A stretch of DNA of 32,000 nucleotides from Candidatus Saccharimonadota bacterium (GCA_001029695.1 CP011211.1:960001-992000); one strand, 5' to 3'; counted from the first letter of the stretch, positions 24,354 to 31,922 are shown. Notes: generated by a model from the letters alone, not told the origin. Numbers and translations: made by a program.

Positions 24354-25310
24354 ATGGCACTATTCTCAAAAAAATCAGCAGAATCTGATCTTCCTCGACG
24401 TCGAAGGCAGTCGAATGAGCCTCGTCGCGAGGAGGCGAGTCAGCGTCAGCAGAACGCGAACTACACGTTTAAGCGTAACCGTACGCTAACTGGGAGTGCC
24501 TCATCGCATGTAACGAGTATTAGTGATCCACATGGTGATCTGCAATCTCCGCGCACACAAACGCATCACTTAACGATGCATCGGCGCAAGCTTGGTGGGG
24601 TGTTTGCAATGACGATGCTATGTACTATGTTTTTTGGCTTCTTGCTCTATCAATTTACTGCAACAGCATCAGTATCTGCCGCGGATCAGTCGCTAGCTAT
24701 CGACGGCAAAGTATATCAAGAAACGATACAGAAATATCTAGTACAGCATCCAATTGAACGTTTTCGCTTTGCTCTGAATGAACAGCGGTTGACGGCATTC
24801 CTACAAAAGCAGCACAGTGAAGTAACTTCAGTGGCGAGTAATGGAATTGGCGGACTGGGTGCAAGTCAATTTTCTGTCGCAGTACGAAAGCCTATAGCGG
24901 GCTGGGTTATCGGTGACAAGCAGTATTACGTAGACGCTACGGGAGTTTCTTTTCAAAAAAACTACCACACTGCTCCTGGTGTTCAGATCGTTGACCAAAG
25001 TGGTGTTCGTCAGTCGGGCGTAGATGGCGGCGCGGTTGCGAGTGGACGATTTTTGACGTTTGTAGGGCGTGCTATTGCATACGCTGAGACTCACGACATG
25101 ATAGTCGAGCAAGCAATTATACCACCTGCTACAACTCGACAAGTAGAGCTACGCATTAAAGCGTATGACTTTCCTATTAAGCTATCACTAGATCGTCCAG
25201 TAGGGGAGCAGATTGAGGATATGCAGCGAACAATCATCTACCTACGAAGTGAAAGTATTACACCCAAGTACATCGACGTGAGGGTTTCCGGAAAAGCCTT
25301 CTATCGATAA
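24354..25310 (+). CDS. ftsQ: FtsQ/DivIB-like cell division protein
   Basis: Basic cytoplasmic N-terminus, one TM helix (VFAMTMLCTMFFGFLLYQF), a POTRA-like segment VAVRKPIAGWVIGDKQYYVDATGVSF and a C-terminal YIDVRVSGKAFY. It occupies the last position of the dcw cluster. Confidence 0.65.
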   Translation: MALFSKKSAESDLPRRRRQSNEPRREEASQRQQNANYTFKRNRTLTGSASSHVTSISDPHGDLQSPRTQTHHLTMHRRKLGGVFAMTMLCTMFFGFLLYQFTATASVSAADQSLAIDGKVYQETIQKYLVQHPIERFRFALNEQRLTAFLQKQHSEVTSVASNGIGGLGASQFSVAVRKPIAGWVIGDKQYYVDATGVSFQKNYHTAPGVQIVDQSGVRQSGVDGGAVASGRFLTFVGRAIAYAETHDMIVEQAIIPPATTRQVELRIKAYDFPIKLSLDRPVGEQIEDMQRTIIYLRSESITPKYIDVRVSGKAFYR

Positions 25311-25343
25311 AAGGGTAGTGCTACTATTATAGGTATTGATTAT

Positions 25344-25370
25344 GAGGAGCTATGACTCCTCTTTTCTTTT
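25344..25370 (+). terminator. Rho-independent terminator after ftsQ
   Basis: GAGGAG (25344-25349), 6-nt loop, CTCCTC (25356-25361), then TTTTCTTTT. Confidence 0.6.
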
Positions 25371-25375
25371 GCAGT

Positions 25376-25401
25376 ATGTTCTATTTTTGTTCTATCTTTT
25401 A
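25376..25401 (+). repeat. Direct repeat copy 1: ATGTTCTATTTTTGTTCTATCTTTTA
   Basis: Matches 26131-26157 except for one substitution and one 1-nt indel. Contains the internal half-repeat GTTCTAYTTTT. Confidence 0.8.
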
Positions 25402-25870
25402 CGTATCATGGCGTGATAGAGAAAAAACATATAATAATATCATAATAACAAAAAAGCAAATAGGTGAGTAAGACTCAAAAAGAGGGTAGTAGGTAATAAA
25501 AAGAGAGAAATGCAAACATCTAAAAAACTATAGCAATATGTGGAAAACTATATAAAGTCAAATTATGACACATGAGTCAAATGGTGCTTCTTGTTGTCGT
25601 GGCTACATAGATGGATCTATATATAAAAGCTGTAGCTTGTATAGCGTGACGATACGTATGATCATCAGTATTGAACTGAGGTTTGTTGTATACACTAGAT
25701 GAATATACATACTACTCCACTGAGAGTTAGTGTGTTTTCGGTATGTGTTTCTATATGTGGTCAAATAGCATACATTAAGGATGTATACTGAATCATCTTA
25801 TGTTTATTATACTAATGTCGTAAAAGATATATTGTGCGACGTAAGATCATTGTATTGATGCTGGTGTAGT

Positions 25871-25879
25871 TGTTATGAT
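25871..25879 (+). promoter_or_regulatory. Extended -10 TGTTATGAT upstream of the 66-aa ORF
   Basis: TGnTATGAT at 25871-25879, about 45 nt before ATG 25924. The leader carries the SD AAAGGA. Confidence 0.4.
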
Positions 25880-25923
25880 TCATCCATACAAATTAACGGT
25901 TCCGTCACCAAAGGAAAAAATCC

Positions 25924-26124
25924 ATGAATCACGACAACGCCCTACCATCAATCGCCCGCTTCTCTTTAGTCGAAAAAACGTCTAAAGTCGGTAATCTCTA
26001 CACTGAAGGAATTTTGCATTTAAATAATGATTATCAAATCCGTGTCGAGTTCTTAGCGCCGAATCTTATTACAGCCATCAAAGAATCTCTCAAACTTGCT
26101 AAAAAACAGACCCTCCAAGATTAA
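25924..26124 (+). CDS. Hypothetical protein, 66 aa
   Basis: The SD AAAGGA lies 8 nt upstream, with a candidate promoter further upstream and a TAA stop. I recognise no family. Confidence 0.5.
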   Translation: MNHDNALPSIARFSLVEKTSKVGNLYTEGILHLNNDYQIRVEFLAPNLITAIKESLKLAKKQTLQD

Positions 26125-26130
26125 TAACTA

Positions 26131-26157
26131 ATGTTCTACTTTTGTTCTATTCTTTTA
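26131..26157 (+). repeat. Direct repeat copy 2: ATGTTCTACTTTTGTTCTATTCTTTTA
   Basis: See 25376-25401. The distal part can form a small hairpin (GTTCTA ttcttt TAGAAC). Confidence 0.8.
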
Positions 26158-26169
26158 GAACACTCAATT

Positions 26170-26196
26170 AAAAAATACTGAATGTCGCGGTTCAGT
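26170..26196 (-). terminator. Rho-independent terminator of the minus-strand ATPase operon
   Basis: On the minus strand: ACTGAA, 8-nt loop, TTCAGT (plus-strand 26177-26196), followed by a T-run (plus-strand A-run 26170-26175). The stem includes the TGA stop of the 3-TM gene. Confidence 0.6.
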
Positions 26197-26494
26197 TAAT
26201 ATATTCAGATCGATAGATAAAGTACAGTGCATATAGACACGCTAAGATTGCAGGGATGAGATATCCGTATACTGATCTTTTGTAGGCATTTTTATGTTTA
26301 CGATTCACTATACTGCTTGTAATGCCGCATACGATTATGATTGGTATTCCATACCCTACCGCGAAGAGAATGCCAATGCCCGTGAGCATATCAGTATCGG
26401 TTGGAGGTAATATGGATGTCGCCATCATGACTACCCATACAGGGCTTAGGATAATTGAGAGTATGAGTATGCCGTGTAGGATTTTATTAGCCAT
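26192..26494 (-). CDS. Small integral membrane protein (100 aa, about 3 TM helices)
   Basis: Three hydrophobic segments. The gene starts 42 nt downstream of the ATPase gene on the same strand, and is one of only two TGA-terminated genes in the window. Confidence 0.6.
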   Translation of the reverse strand: MANKILHGILILSIILSPVWVVMMATSILPPTDTDMLTGIGILFAVGYGIPIIIVCGITSSIVNRKHKNAYKRSVYGYLIPAILACLYALYFIYRSEYIN

Positions 26495-26536
26495 AGTAGT
26501 GTGTGGGTATTTTAGATTATGCGTAAAGGCTACTAT

Positions 26537-29500
26537 TTATCGTAGTCGAAGTATTCCGTCATCCTGGGGTTTTTGCTGAGGAGTGGGCGCTTGTGGTGTA
26601 GCGACAGGCGCTTGTGGTGGCTGTAAAGGCTTTTTATCAACAGGGGGTGTTGATGGCACCACTTTAGTGTGATCGACGCGTAGTTTTGTTGGATCTGGTG
26701 ATGGCTTGTGGGGTGATGCTTGAGCAGGTGTGTGAGGCTGCTCTCGCCTGTGCGGTGAAGCGCCGTGAGGTATTGTAGGCGCCACTGTAGAGTCTTGCTG
26801 ATGCTGTCTTGGTGCTTGAAGGATTTCGTTCGTAGGGGTGCTTTTTTGTCGCTGAAGTTCAGCACTCCCTACCTCACTTGAGGCTGAACTTTGAGTAGTT
26901 TGATCTGAGTGTATCGCTGAAGGGTTCTTCTTTTTGCGACTACGAGTTCGTTTTTTCTTGACGGGCGTGCCGTCGGGATTGAGTGCGACTGGTGTATTCG
27001 CCACTGTGTTCTGCTGTTGTGGCAGTCGAGGCGGCTGCGGTTGCTGGTTTTGAGTGACACTACTCCCCTGCTCCGCCTGAGAGCTCGAAGATGGGTTTTC
27101 TATGATTATGCGCGGCTTGTTTGGCTGTGCGGGAACTACGGATTTGTTCTGAGAGTCGACGGGCCATTGCTTTGCCTGTGCACTTGACTGAGGTGGTTTC
27201 TTTTGAAGATTTTCTGGCATTTGTATGACATCGGAGATCGACTTCTCTACCTCGGCTCGAGGGAGACTGTAGAGTTGGCGAGAGTGTTCAATTATATGTG
27301 CGGTGTTGTCGACTTGAGGTGGCGGAAGCTGCAATGTTCGAGCGCTAAATGCTGGTGTTTTCTCTCCGTTGATTACCATATTGATGACAAAGTTTCGGTT
27401 GTGCATCTGGAGTAGATCATTTGCTTCAAACTGAGGTTCGAACTGCTTAGAGAGAATCGGAGCGTCGTCTGCAGATACGCGGAAACAAATCATCGTTCCG
27501 ACATTTCCGAAGACTGCATCTCGAACAGTTTCATTCATCTGGCTGATGTATTGGTTTGCTACTGTAAGATTGAGCGCATACTTACGTGCCTCAGAGAGGA
27601 TAGTGGCAAATGAATCGGTTGCAAAGTTTTGGAATTCGTCTACATAGAGGTAGAAAGGGCGACGGTCTTTGATATCTGGAATATCCGATCGACTCATCGC
27701 TGCAAGCTGGATTTTGGTTACGAGGAACGATCCAAGAATAGAGGCGTTGTCCTCACCAATAAGGCCTTTTGATAGGTTAACGATAAGAATCTTTCCATCG
27801 TCCATGATCTCGCGAATGTTGAAAGTACTTTTTGGTTGGCCGATAATGTTTCGAATCACAGGGTTTGCGGTAAACGCTCCTACTTTATTGAGTACAGGTG
27901 CGACGGCTTCAGCGACAAACTTGTCATTCCAGCTCGCAAATTCTACTGTCCAGAATTGCATAACGACCGTATCCGTACAGTAGCTGAGTGTCTCCTTTCG
28001 GAATTTTTTGTCAGTAAGCATACGAGTAATATCGAGCATAGTCGTCTCTGGGCGGTCGAGAAGCGCCAAGATAGTATAGCGAAGGATGTATTCGAGGCGA
28101 GGTCCCCAGCTTTCACCAAACATACGCTTCATAACTCCGATCACTTCTGAGCTGATATTACTCTTCATCGATGGATCGGTGACTTCAAGCGGGTTAAATC
28201 CGAGCGGGAATGCTGTGTCTGCTGGGTTGAAATATACGACATCTTTCATGCGCGAGGCAGGGATAAACCGCATATTATCGACTGCAAAGTCTCCGTGTGG
28301 GTCGATTATTGCGTAACCGTGATTATGGAAAATGTCTGAAAGTGCAAGAAGCGAGAGAGTACCGGTCTTACCTGCCCCAGTTTGACCAATGACGTACATA
28401 TGCCTTGAGCGATCAAAATTGAGCATGCCAAACTGATGGTTGATGCCGCGGAAATTAGTTAGGCCGAAGGCGCTAATGTTTTCATCGATTGCAGCGTTGC
28501 CTGTGATGATCGGTAGCTTCGCTGGTGGTTCAGCGGTTTTACTGCTCGCCCATACGATATTTGGTGTCTCAACGTTTGTGTGTGGTAAGTGGAAGACGCT
28601 GGCAACTTCTTCGATATTAAGGACAAACCCTTTATCAATAAAGAGTCGTGCTCGGTACTGCCCAAGGTCTTCTTTTTTGAAACTCGCCCCAGACACACGA
28701 AAACCGTTCAAGTTAGTACTGTTGTACTGTTTGAACGTACCGACGATAGCTTGCATACGTTGCTTGGCGATAGTTGTGTCTTCACCGAGATATGCAAGAC
28801 GAATCTTCACTTGGTAGCCAAGTTTTGTTGCTTTCTTTTCAGCTTCTGAAATACGAGTTTTGTTGCGTTCAGAAATCTCCTTTGGCGCTGGCGCACCGCC
28901 CGCTCCTTGCTCGGGCGGTTTCCATAGAGCTTCAAAAAGGCCTAGTATCCACTTCATACTAAACCCTTCACCACCTGTCAGCATTGTCATCGCGCCACTA
29001 CCGCCGCTCTTTACTGACTTTACCCAGTTATCGGAATCCTTGTGCCATGTGTCTGGAATCGGGCGAACGAGTACTTGCACCCAAAGCTCCTCGCCTGACG
29101 ATGGAGTACTGCCAGTTGACTCTGATTCGAGCTTCGCAAGTGTTCCGGTGATGCCGGCAAGAGGATCTACTTCAAAGCTCTGGAATGATTTGATAGGAAG
29201 AAACTCGCTATCAGTAAGTGTAATCTCGCTTGTGTAGATGACGCTATGTTCGCGTTCGTGCGAAACATAGTCTTCATCGGCTTCATGAATCTGGACAGTT
29301 GGGTACTGAGCATAGATCTGCCCTTCTACGAAACTTTGCAGAGCTTTCGGTACCCATACATAGAAGCGGATCTGACCATTGACGGAAGCGATCTCAAAAC
29401 TAAGATGTTCTTGGATTCCACCGTTTAGTTTCAGCTCTTCTTTATCGCGTAGTATGCCGTGGAGACTCGCAAATAACTGTTCCGCAGCCATTTCTGACTT

Positions 29501-29665
29501 GTCGTTTGCCTTTGGAATCTCAAGAATGAGCAGTGTGCTTTCGATAGCTTTGACAGCGTCGATACGCTGATAGTTTTTCCACGTAAGGTATCCCAAAAAA
29601 AGCACGATGGGAAGCCATACGTACCACGAAAGGAGCAGCCCGAAGATCCAGGATATAAGTTCCAT
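26537..29665 (-). CDS. Membrane-anchored TraD/VirD4-like (FtsK/HerA-superfamily) P-loop ATPase, 1042 aa
   Basis: N-terminal TM helix (ISWIFGLLLSWYVWLPIVLFLGYL) followed by about 400 aa I cannot assign. Walker A VIGQTGAGKTG, AIIDPHGDF, and Walker B-like FYLYVDEFQNF. The C-terminus is an approximately 220-aa P/Q/S-rich tail. Confidence 0.8.
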   Translation of the reverse strand: MELISWIFGLLLSWYVWLPIVLFLGYLTWKNYQRIDAVKAIESTLLILEIPKANDKSEMAAEQLFASLHGILRDKEELKLNGGIQEHLSFEIASVNGQIRFYVWVPKALQSFVEGQIYAQYPTVQIHEADEDYVSHEREHSVIYTSEITLTDSEFLPIKSFQSFEVDPLAGITGTLAKLESESTGSTPSSGEELWVQVLVRPIPDTWHKDSDNWVKSVKSGGSGAMTMLTGGEGFSMKWILGLFEALWKPPEQGAGGAPAPKEISERNKTRISEAEKKATKLGYQVKIRLAYLGEDTTIAKQRMQAIVGTFKQYNSTNLNGFRVSGASFKKEDLGQYRARLFIDKGFVLNIEEVASVFHLPHTNVETPNIVWASSKTAEPPAKLPIITGNAAIDENISAFGLTNFRGINHQFGMLNFDRSRHMYVIGQTGAGKTGTLSLLALSDIFHNHGYAIIDPHGDFAVDNMRFIPASRMKDVVYFNPADTAFPLGFNPLEVTDPSMKSNISSEVIGVMKRMFGESWGPRLEYILRYTILALLDRPETTMLDITRMLTDKKFRKETLSYCTDTVVMQFWTVEFASWNDKFVAEAVAPVLNKVGAFTANPVIRNIIGQPKSTFNIREIMDDGKILIVNLSKGLIGEDNASILGSFLVTKIQLAAMSRSDIPDIKDRRPFYLYVDEFQNFATDSFATILSEARKYALNLTVANQYISQMNETVRDAVFGNVGTMICFRVSADDAPILSKQFEPQFEANDLLQMHNRNFVINMVINGEKTPAFSARTLQLPPPQVDNTAHIIEHSRQLYSLPRAEVEKSISDVIQMPENLQKKPPQSSAQAKQWPVDSQNKSVVPAQPNKPRIIIENPSSSSQAEQGSSVTQNQQPQPPRLPQQQNTVANTPVALNPDGTPVKKKRTRSRKKKNPSAIHSDQTTQSSASSEVGSAELQRQKSTPTNEILQAPRQHQQDSTVAPTIPHGASPHRREQPHTPAQASPHKPSPDPTKLRVDHTKVVPSTPPVDKKPLQPPQAPVATPQAPTPQQKPQDDGILRLR

Positions 29666-29732
29666 AATTTACTTCTCTATTGTCGCACCTGTCGCCTCTG
29701 TATGCAATGGCAGATACGACGAGTGCGGAGGG

Positions 29733-30794
29733 TTATTTTTTAGCAGGTTCTTCAACGAGTGAGTAGGTTGCTTTTGCAACGCGCTTGAACTGTGGTTTGC
29801 TCTGTAGATTGAGGAGGATTGTCGTTTCTTTGACTTGTCGATTCTTGAGGACACGTTTCACGATCTCGTCGCGGTGAAGTGGCTCTTCTGATTTTCGAAG
29901 GATGTCGGCGATAGTATCAGCGACAGTTCCTTTGCTGTAACCCCAGCTGTCGAGCGCGTAGATGCCACGACCGATCAACACGAAGCGCTTGTCTTTGATG
30001 AGTTCGTTGTGAATCGCCTGTGTTGTGACGTTTTTGCGGCTAAAATTACTTTCCTTGATTGCATCGGCAATTTCAGAAAAATGAAGTGGCTTGCCATTTT
30101 CAGCGAGAATAACGTAGATTTTATCACGAATATTCTTTGGATTGACCGTTGGCCATTTGATAAGTCCCCAGAGGTCTTTTAGATGCGCAAGGTGCTTGCT
30201 GACGCTTGCAAGTGCGCGAACCTGGCTTGGGTGCTCGTAGTTGAGTTGCTCGTGAAGCTGGTCGATTGTGAGTGGCTCGCCATGCTTTTTGATAGCTTTA
30301 ACAATTGCGTCAACTTCTGTACGAATCTTCTTCTCATCACCGAAATCTTTGATAGCAACGGCATGACGATAATTATCGTTTTCATTTACGACAGTGAGGT
30401 TTGGCGCGAGCTCTGCGATAAATGCAACGCGAGCACGCTCAAGAGGTTCTGCAGTTTTGCCGAGTAATTTATTGGCAAGGTCAGTGACGGTTGCAAGGCG
30501 GCCCATCTCAGAGAGGTCGCGGACGATTTGCTTCTCTACTGCTGGGACTGCTGGAATTTTTCCTTCTTCAGCTGCGATCTTGAGGCGAATAAGAATAGCC
30601 TTTTCGAGCTGACGAACACGCTCTCTCGTGATGCCAAGGAGTTCACCGATTTGCTCAAGCGTCTCTTTGCGATCGTAAAGACCGAAACGACGGGTGATGA
30701 TTTCTCGTTCTCGCTCTTGATCGATTGTGCCAAGAATTGTTTCAACAATTGTATTGATATCAAGTGTTGTCTCTGTTTTGGGAGCTTCGCTCAT
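29733..30794 (-). CDS. Sigma-70 region-4 HTH protein fused to two HARE-HTH-like domains
   Basis: REREIITRRFGLYDRKETLEQIGELLGITRERVRQLEKAILIRLK is sigma region 4. KIYVILAENGKPLHFSEIADAI...RFVLIGRGIYALDSWGY and VADTIADILRKSEEPLHRDEIVKRVL...ATYSLVE are HARE-HTH-like. I chose ATG 30794 (SD GAGAGGA); ATG 30893 is an alternative start. Confidence 0.7.
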   Translation of the reverse strand: MSEAPKTETTLDINTIVETILGTIDQEREREIITRRFGLYDRKETLEQIGELLGITRERVRQLEKAILIRLKIAAEEGKIPAVPAVEKQIVRDLSEMGRLATVTDLANKLLGKTAEPLERARVAFIAELAPNLTVVNENDNYRHAVAIKDFGDEKKIRTEVDAIVKAIKKHGEPLTIDQLHEQLNYEHPSQVRALASVSKHLAHLKDLWGLIKWPTVNPKNIRDKIYVILAENGKPLHFSEIADAIKESNFSRKNVTTQAIHNELIKDKRFVLIGRGIYALDSWGYSKGTVADTIADILRKSEEPLHRDEIVKRVLKNRQVKETTILLNLQSKPQFKRVAKATYSLVEEPAKK

Positions 30795-30910
30795 AATGTG
30801 GTATCGTCCTCTCTGCCTCACCTCAGACTGCATTGGATTTGTTATTTTCTCAATGTATTCACTATAAAACAAATTTTTCATAATGTCAAACATTTTTCTT
30901 GATTTATTCA

Positions 30911-30919
30911 ATTATAGCA
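30911..30919 (-). promoter_or_regulatory. Extended -10 TGCTATAAT (minus strand) for the sigma-like/ATPase operon
   Basis: Plus-strand ATTATAGCA at 30911-30919 equals TGCTATAAT on the minus strand. Confidence 0.45.
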
Positions 30920-31036
30920 TGAAATAGACGCCATTAGTAAAGAGTGTTTTAGGACTTTTTAAAACTTCAGCTATAGTATGTTGCTTATATACAGTAGTAG
31001 CTGTATGTGATATGGCACTACGGATAGCGCTCGTGA

Positions 31037-31822
31037 TTAACAATTGCCTTGACGTGCTGAGCCGCCTGGACGGATCATCCATGGCGAGCTAGCGCTCACA
31101 CTATGTACTACGCGAAGACAATAGTATGCGCCGCTTTCGATAGGTGTGGCGCTCGGTAGTTCTTCTTTTACTACTCCGTTTCCAGGGGTCGCCCAAGAAT
31201 CCCAGAATGTCATAATTGGAAATGAGCCACCCTGCGCGTTAAGCCGATTGATAAGTTCTTGATAGAACCCTCGTACGGTTGACTGTTGATTGGGGTGCCA
31301 AGCATCGCCAGCTGGAACAGATGCAATATAGTCACTGAAGGTTGCTTCCGCAACTGGTGTTGCGAACACCTTAGATTCCCAACCGGTGACTTGCATACTA
31401 CCGTGATTCCAGTTACCACAGCCGGTAATGTATGTGTCAGTGCCACCTCCCAGATTGACTCCTTGGCCGAAACCTTCGTTTATCAGGTCTTGGCAGATTT
31501 GAGCCATTAGCACGCCATTTTGCACAGCTGAGACTCGATCATAATACGGCAGTGATGATTCGACGAGCGAGAGAGTTACTTTTGGTGAAGGCTTAGCAGT
31601 AGCAGGAAGTGCCGTTGGATAATGGCCATCGATCGTTTTTGCTATTTCCATGTGTTTGGCTGCTTGCGTGAGATCGTTTTTGATTGTGGTTTCGATTGCT
31701 CTACTCTGGACACTGCTAAATGCTACGAGAGTGATTGCTGCGAGTATGCCGATTACGACAATAACAATGAGCAGTTCAACTATAGTAAAGCCTGAGTTTT
31801 GTTGAGGTGCCCACCGGTTCAT
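31037..31822 (-). CDS. Type IV pilin-like protein (261 aa)
   Basis: MNRWAPQQNSG/FTIVELLIVIVVIGILAAI is the prepilin cleavage/methylation motif. The globular domain contains four cysteines. Confidence 0.85.
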   Translation of the reverse strand: MNRWAPQQNSGFTIVELLIVIVVIGILAAITLVAFSSVQSRAIETTIKNDLTQAAKHMEIAKTIDGHYPTALPATAKPSPKVTLSLVESSLPYYDRVSAVQNGVLMAQICQDLINEGFGQGVNLGGGTDTYITGCGNWNHGSMQVTGWESKVFATPVAEATFSDYIASVPAGDAWHPNQQSTVRGFYQELINRLNAQGGSFPIMTFWDSWATPGNGVVKEELPSATPIESGAYYCLRVVHSVSASSPWMIRPGGSARQGNC

Positions 31823-31830
31823 TACGTTTT

Positions 31831-31839
31831 ATGATAACA
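31831..31839 (-). promoter_or_regulatory. Extended -10 TGTTATCAT (minus strand), 8 nt upstream of pilin ATG 31822
   Basis: Plus-strand ATGATAACA equals TGTTATCAT on the minus strand. The spacer is aaaacgta and contains no SD. Confidence 0.4.
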
Positions 31840-31849
31840 GATTTTTATA

Positions 31850-31915
31850 TGAAAAACCCACCTCGAAAGATACTGCCGAGAGTAAATTCTCGAGGTAGGT
31901 CTTTCGGGGTGGGTT
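31850..31915 (-). terminator. Long compound hairpin with T-run: terminator of the gene at the right edge
   Basis: AACCCACCTCGAAAGA (31855-31870) pairs with TCTTTCGGGGTGGGTT (31900-31915), with an inner imperfect stem. On the minus strand it is followed by TTTTT. Confidence 0.6.
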
Positions 31916-31922
31916 AAGCTCT

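Noticed and set aside
25565-25702. 45-codon ORF (MTHESNGASCCRGYIDGS...) in the AT-rich island
   Set aside because: There is no SD or promoter at a sensible distance, it ends in the rarely used TGA, and ORFs of this length are expected by chance in 600 nt. It is not supported as a gene.
25781-25808. dif-like XerC/D site (TTATGTTTATT right arm)
   Set aside because: Only 9 of 11 bases match the conserved TTATGTTAAAT arm, and the putative left arm (ATGTATACTGA) does not resemble known XerC arms. In AT-rich DNA this is a chance-level match.
25311-25923. Replication origin hypothesis for the AT-rich island
   Set aside because: I found only one relaxed DnaA box (TGTGGAAAA, 25538-25546) plus two 2-mismatch sites. 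There is no box cluster and no dnaA or dnaN nearby. The evidence is insufficient.
26586-26619. 13-nt direct repeat GGCGCTTGTGGTG x2
   Set aside because: It lies within the coding sequence of the ATPase tail and simply encodes the repeated PQAP peptide motif. It is not a separate element.
27669-28817. Several 100-125-aa plus-strand ORFs inside the ATPase gene; similar antisense ORFs at 10350-10655, 20969-21343 and 8698-9003
   Set aside because: These are shadow ORFs on the opposite strand of strongly supported genes. They have no RBS and no recognisable motifs.
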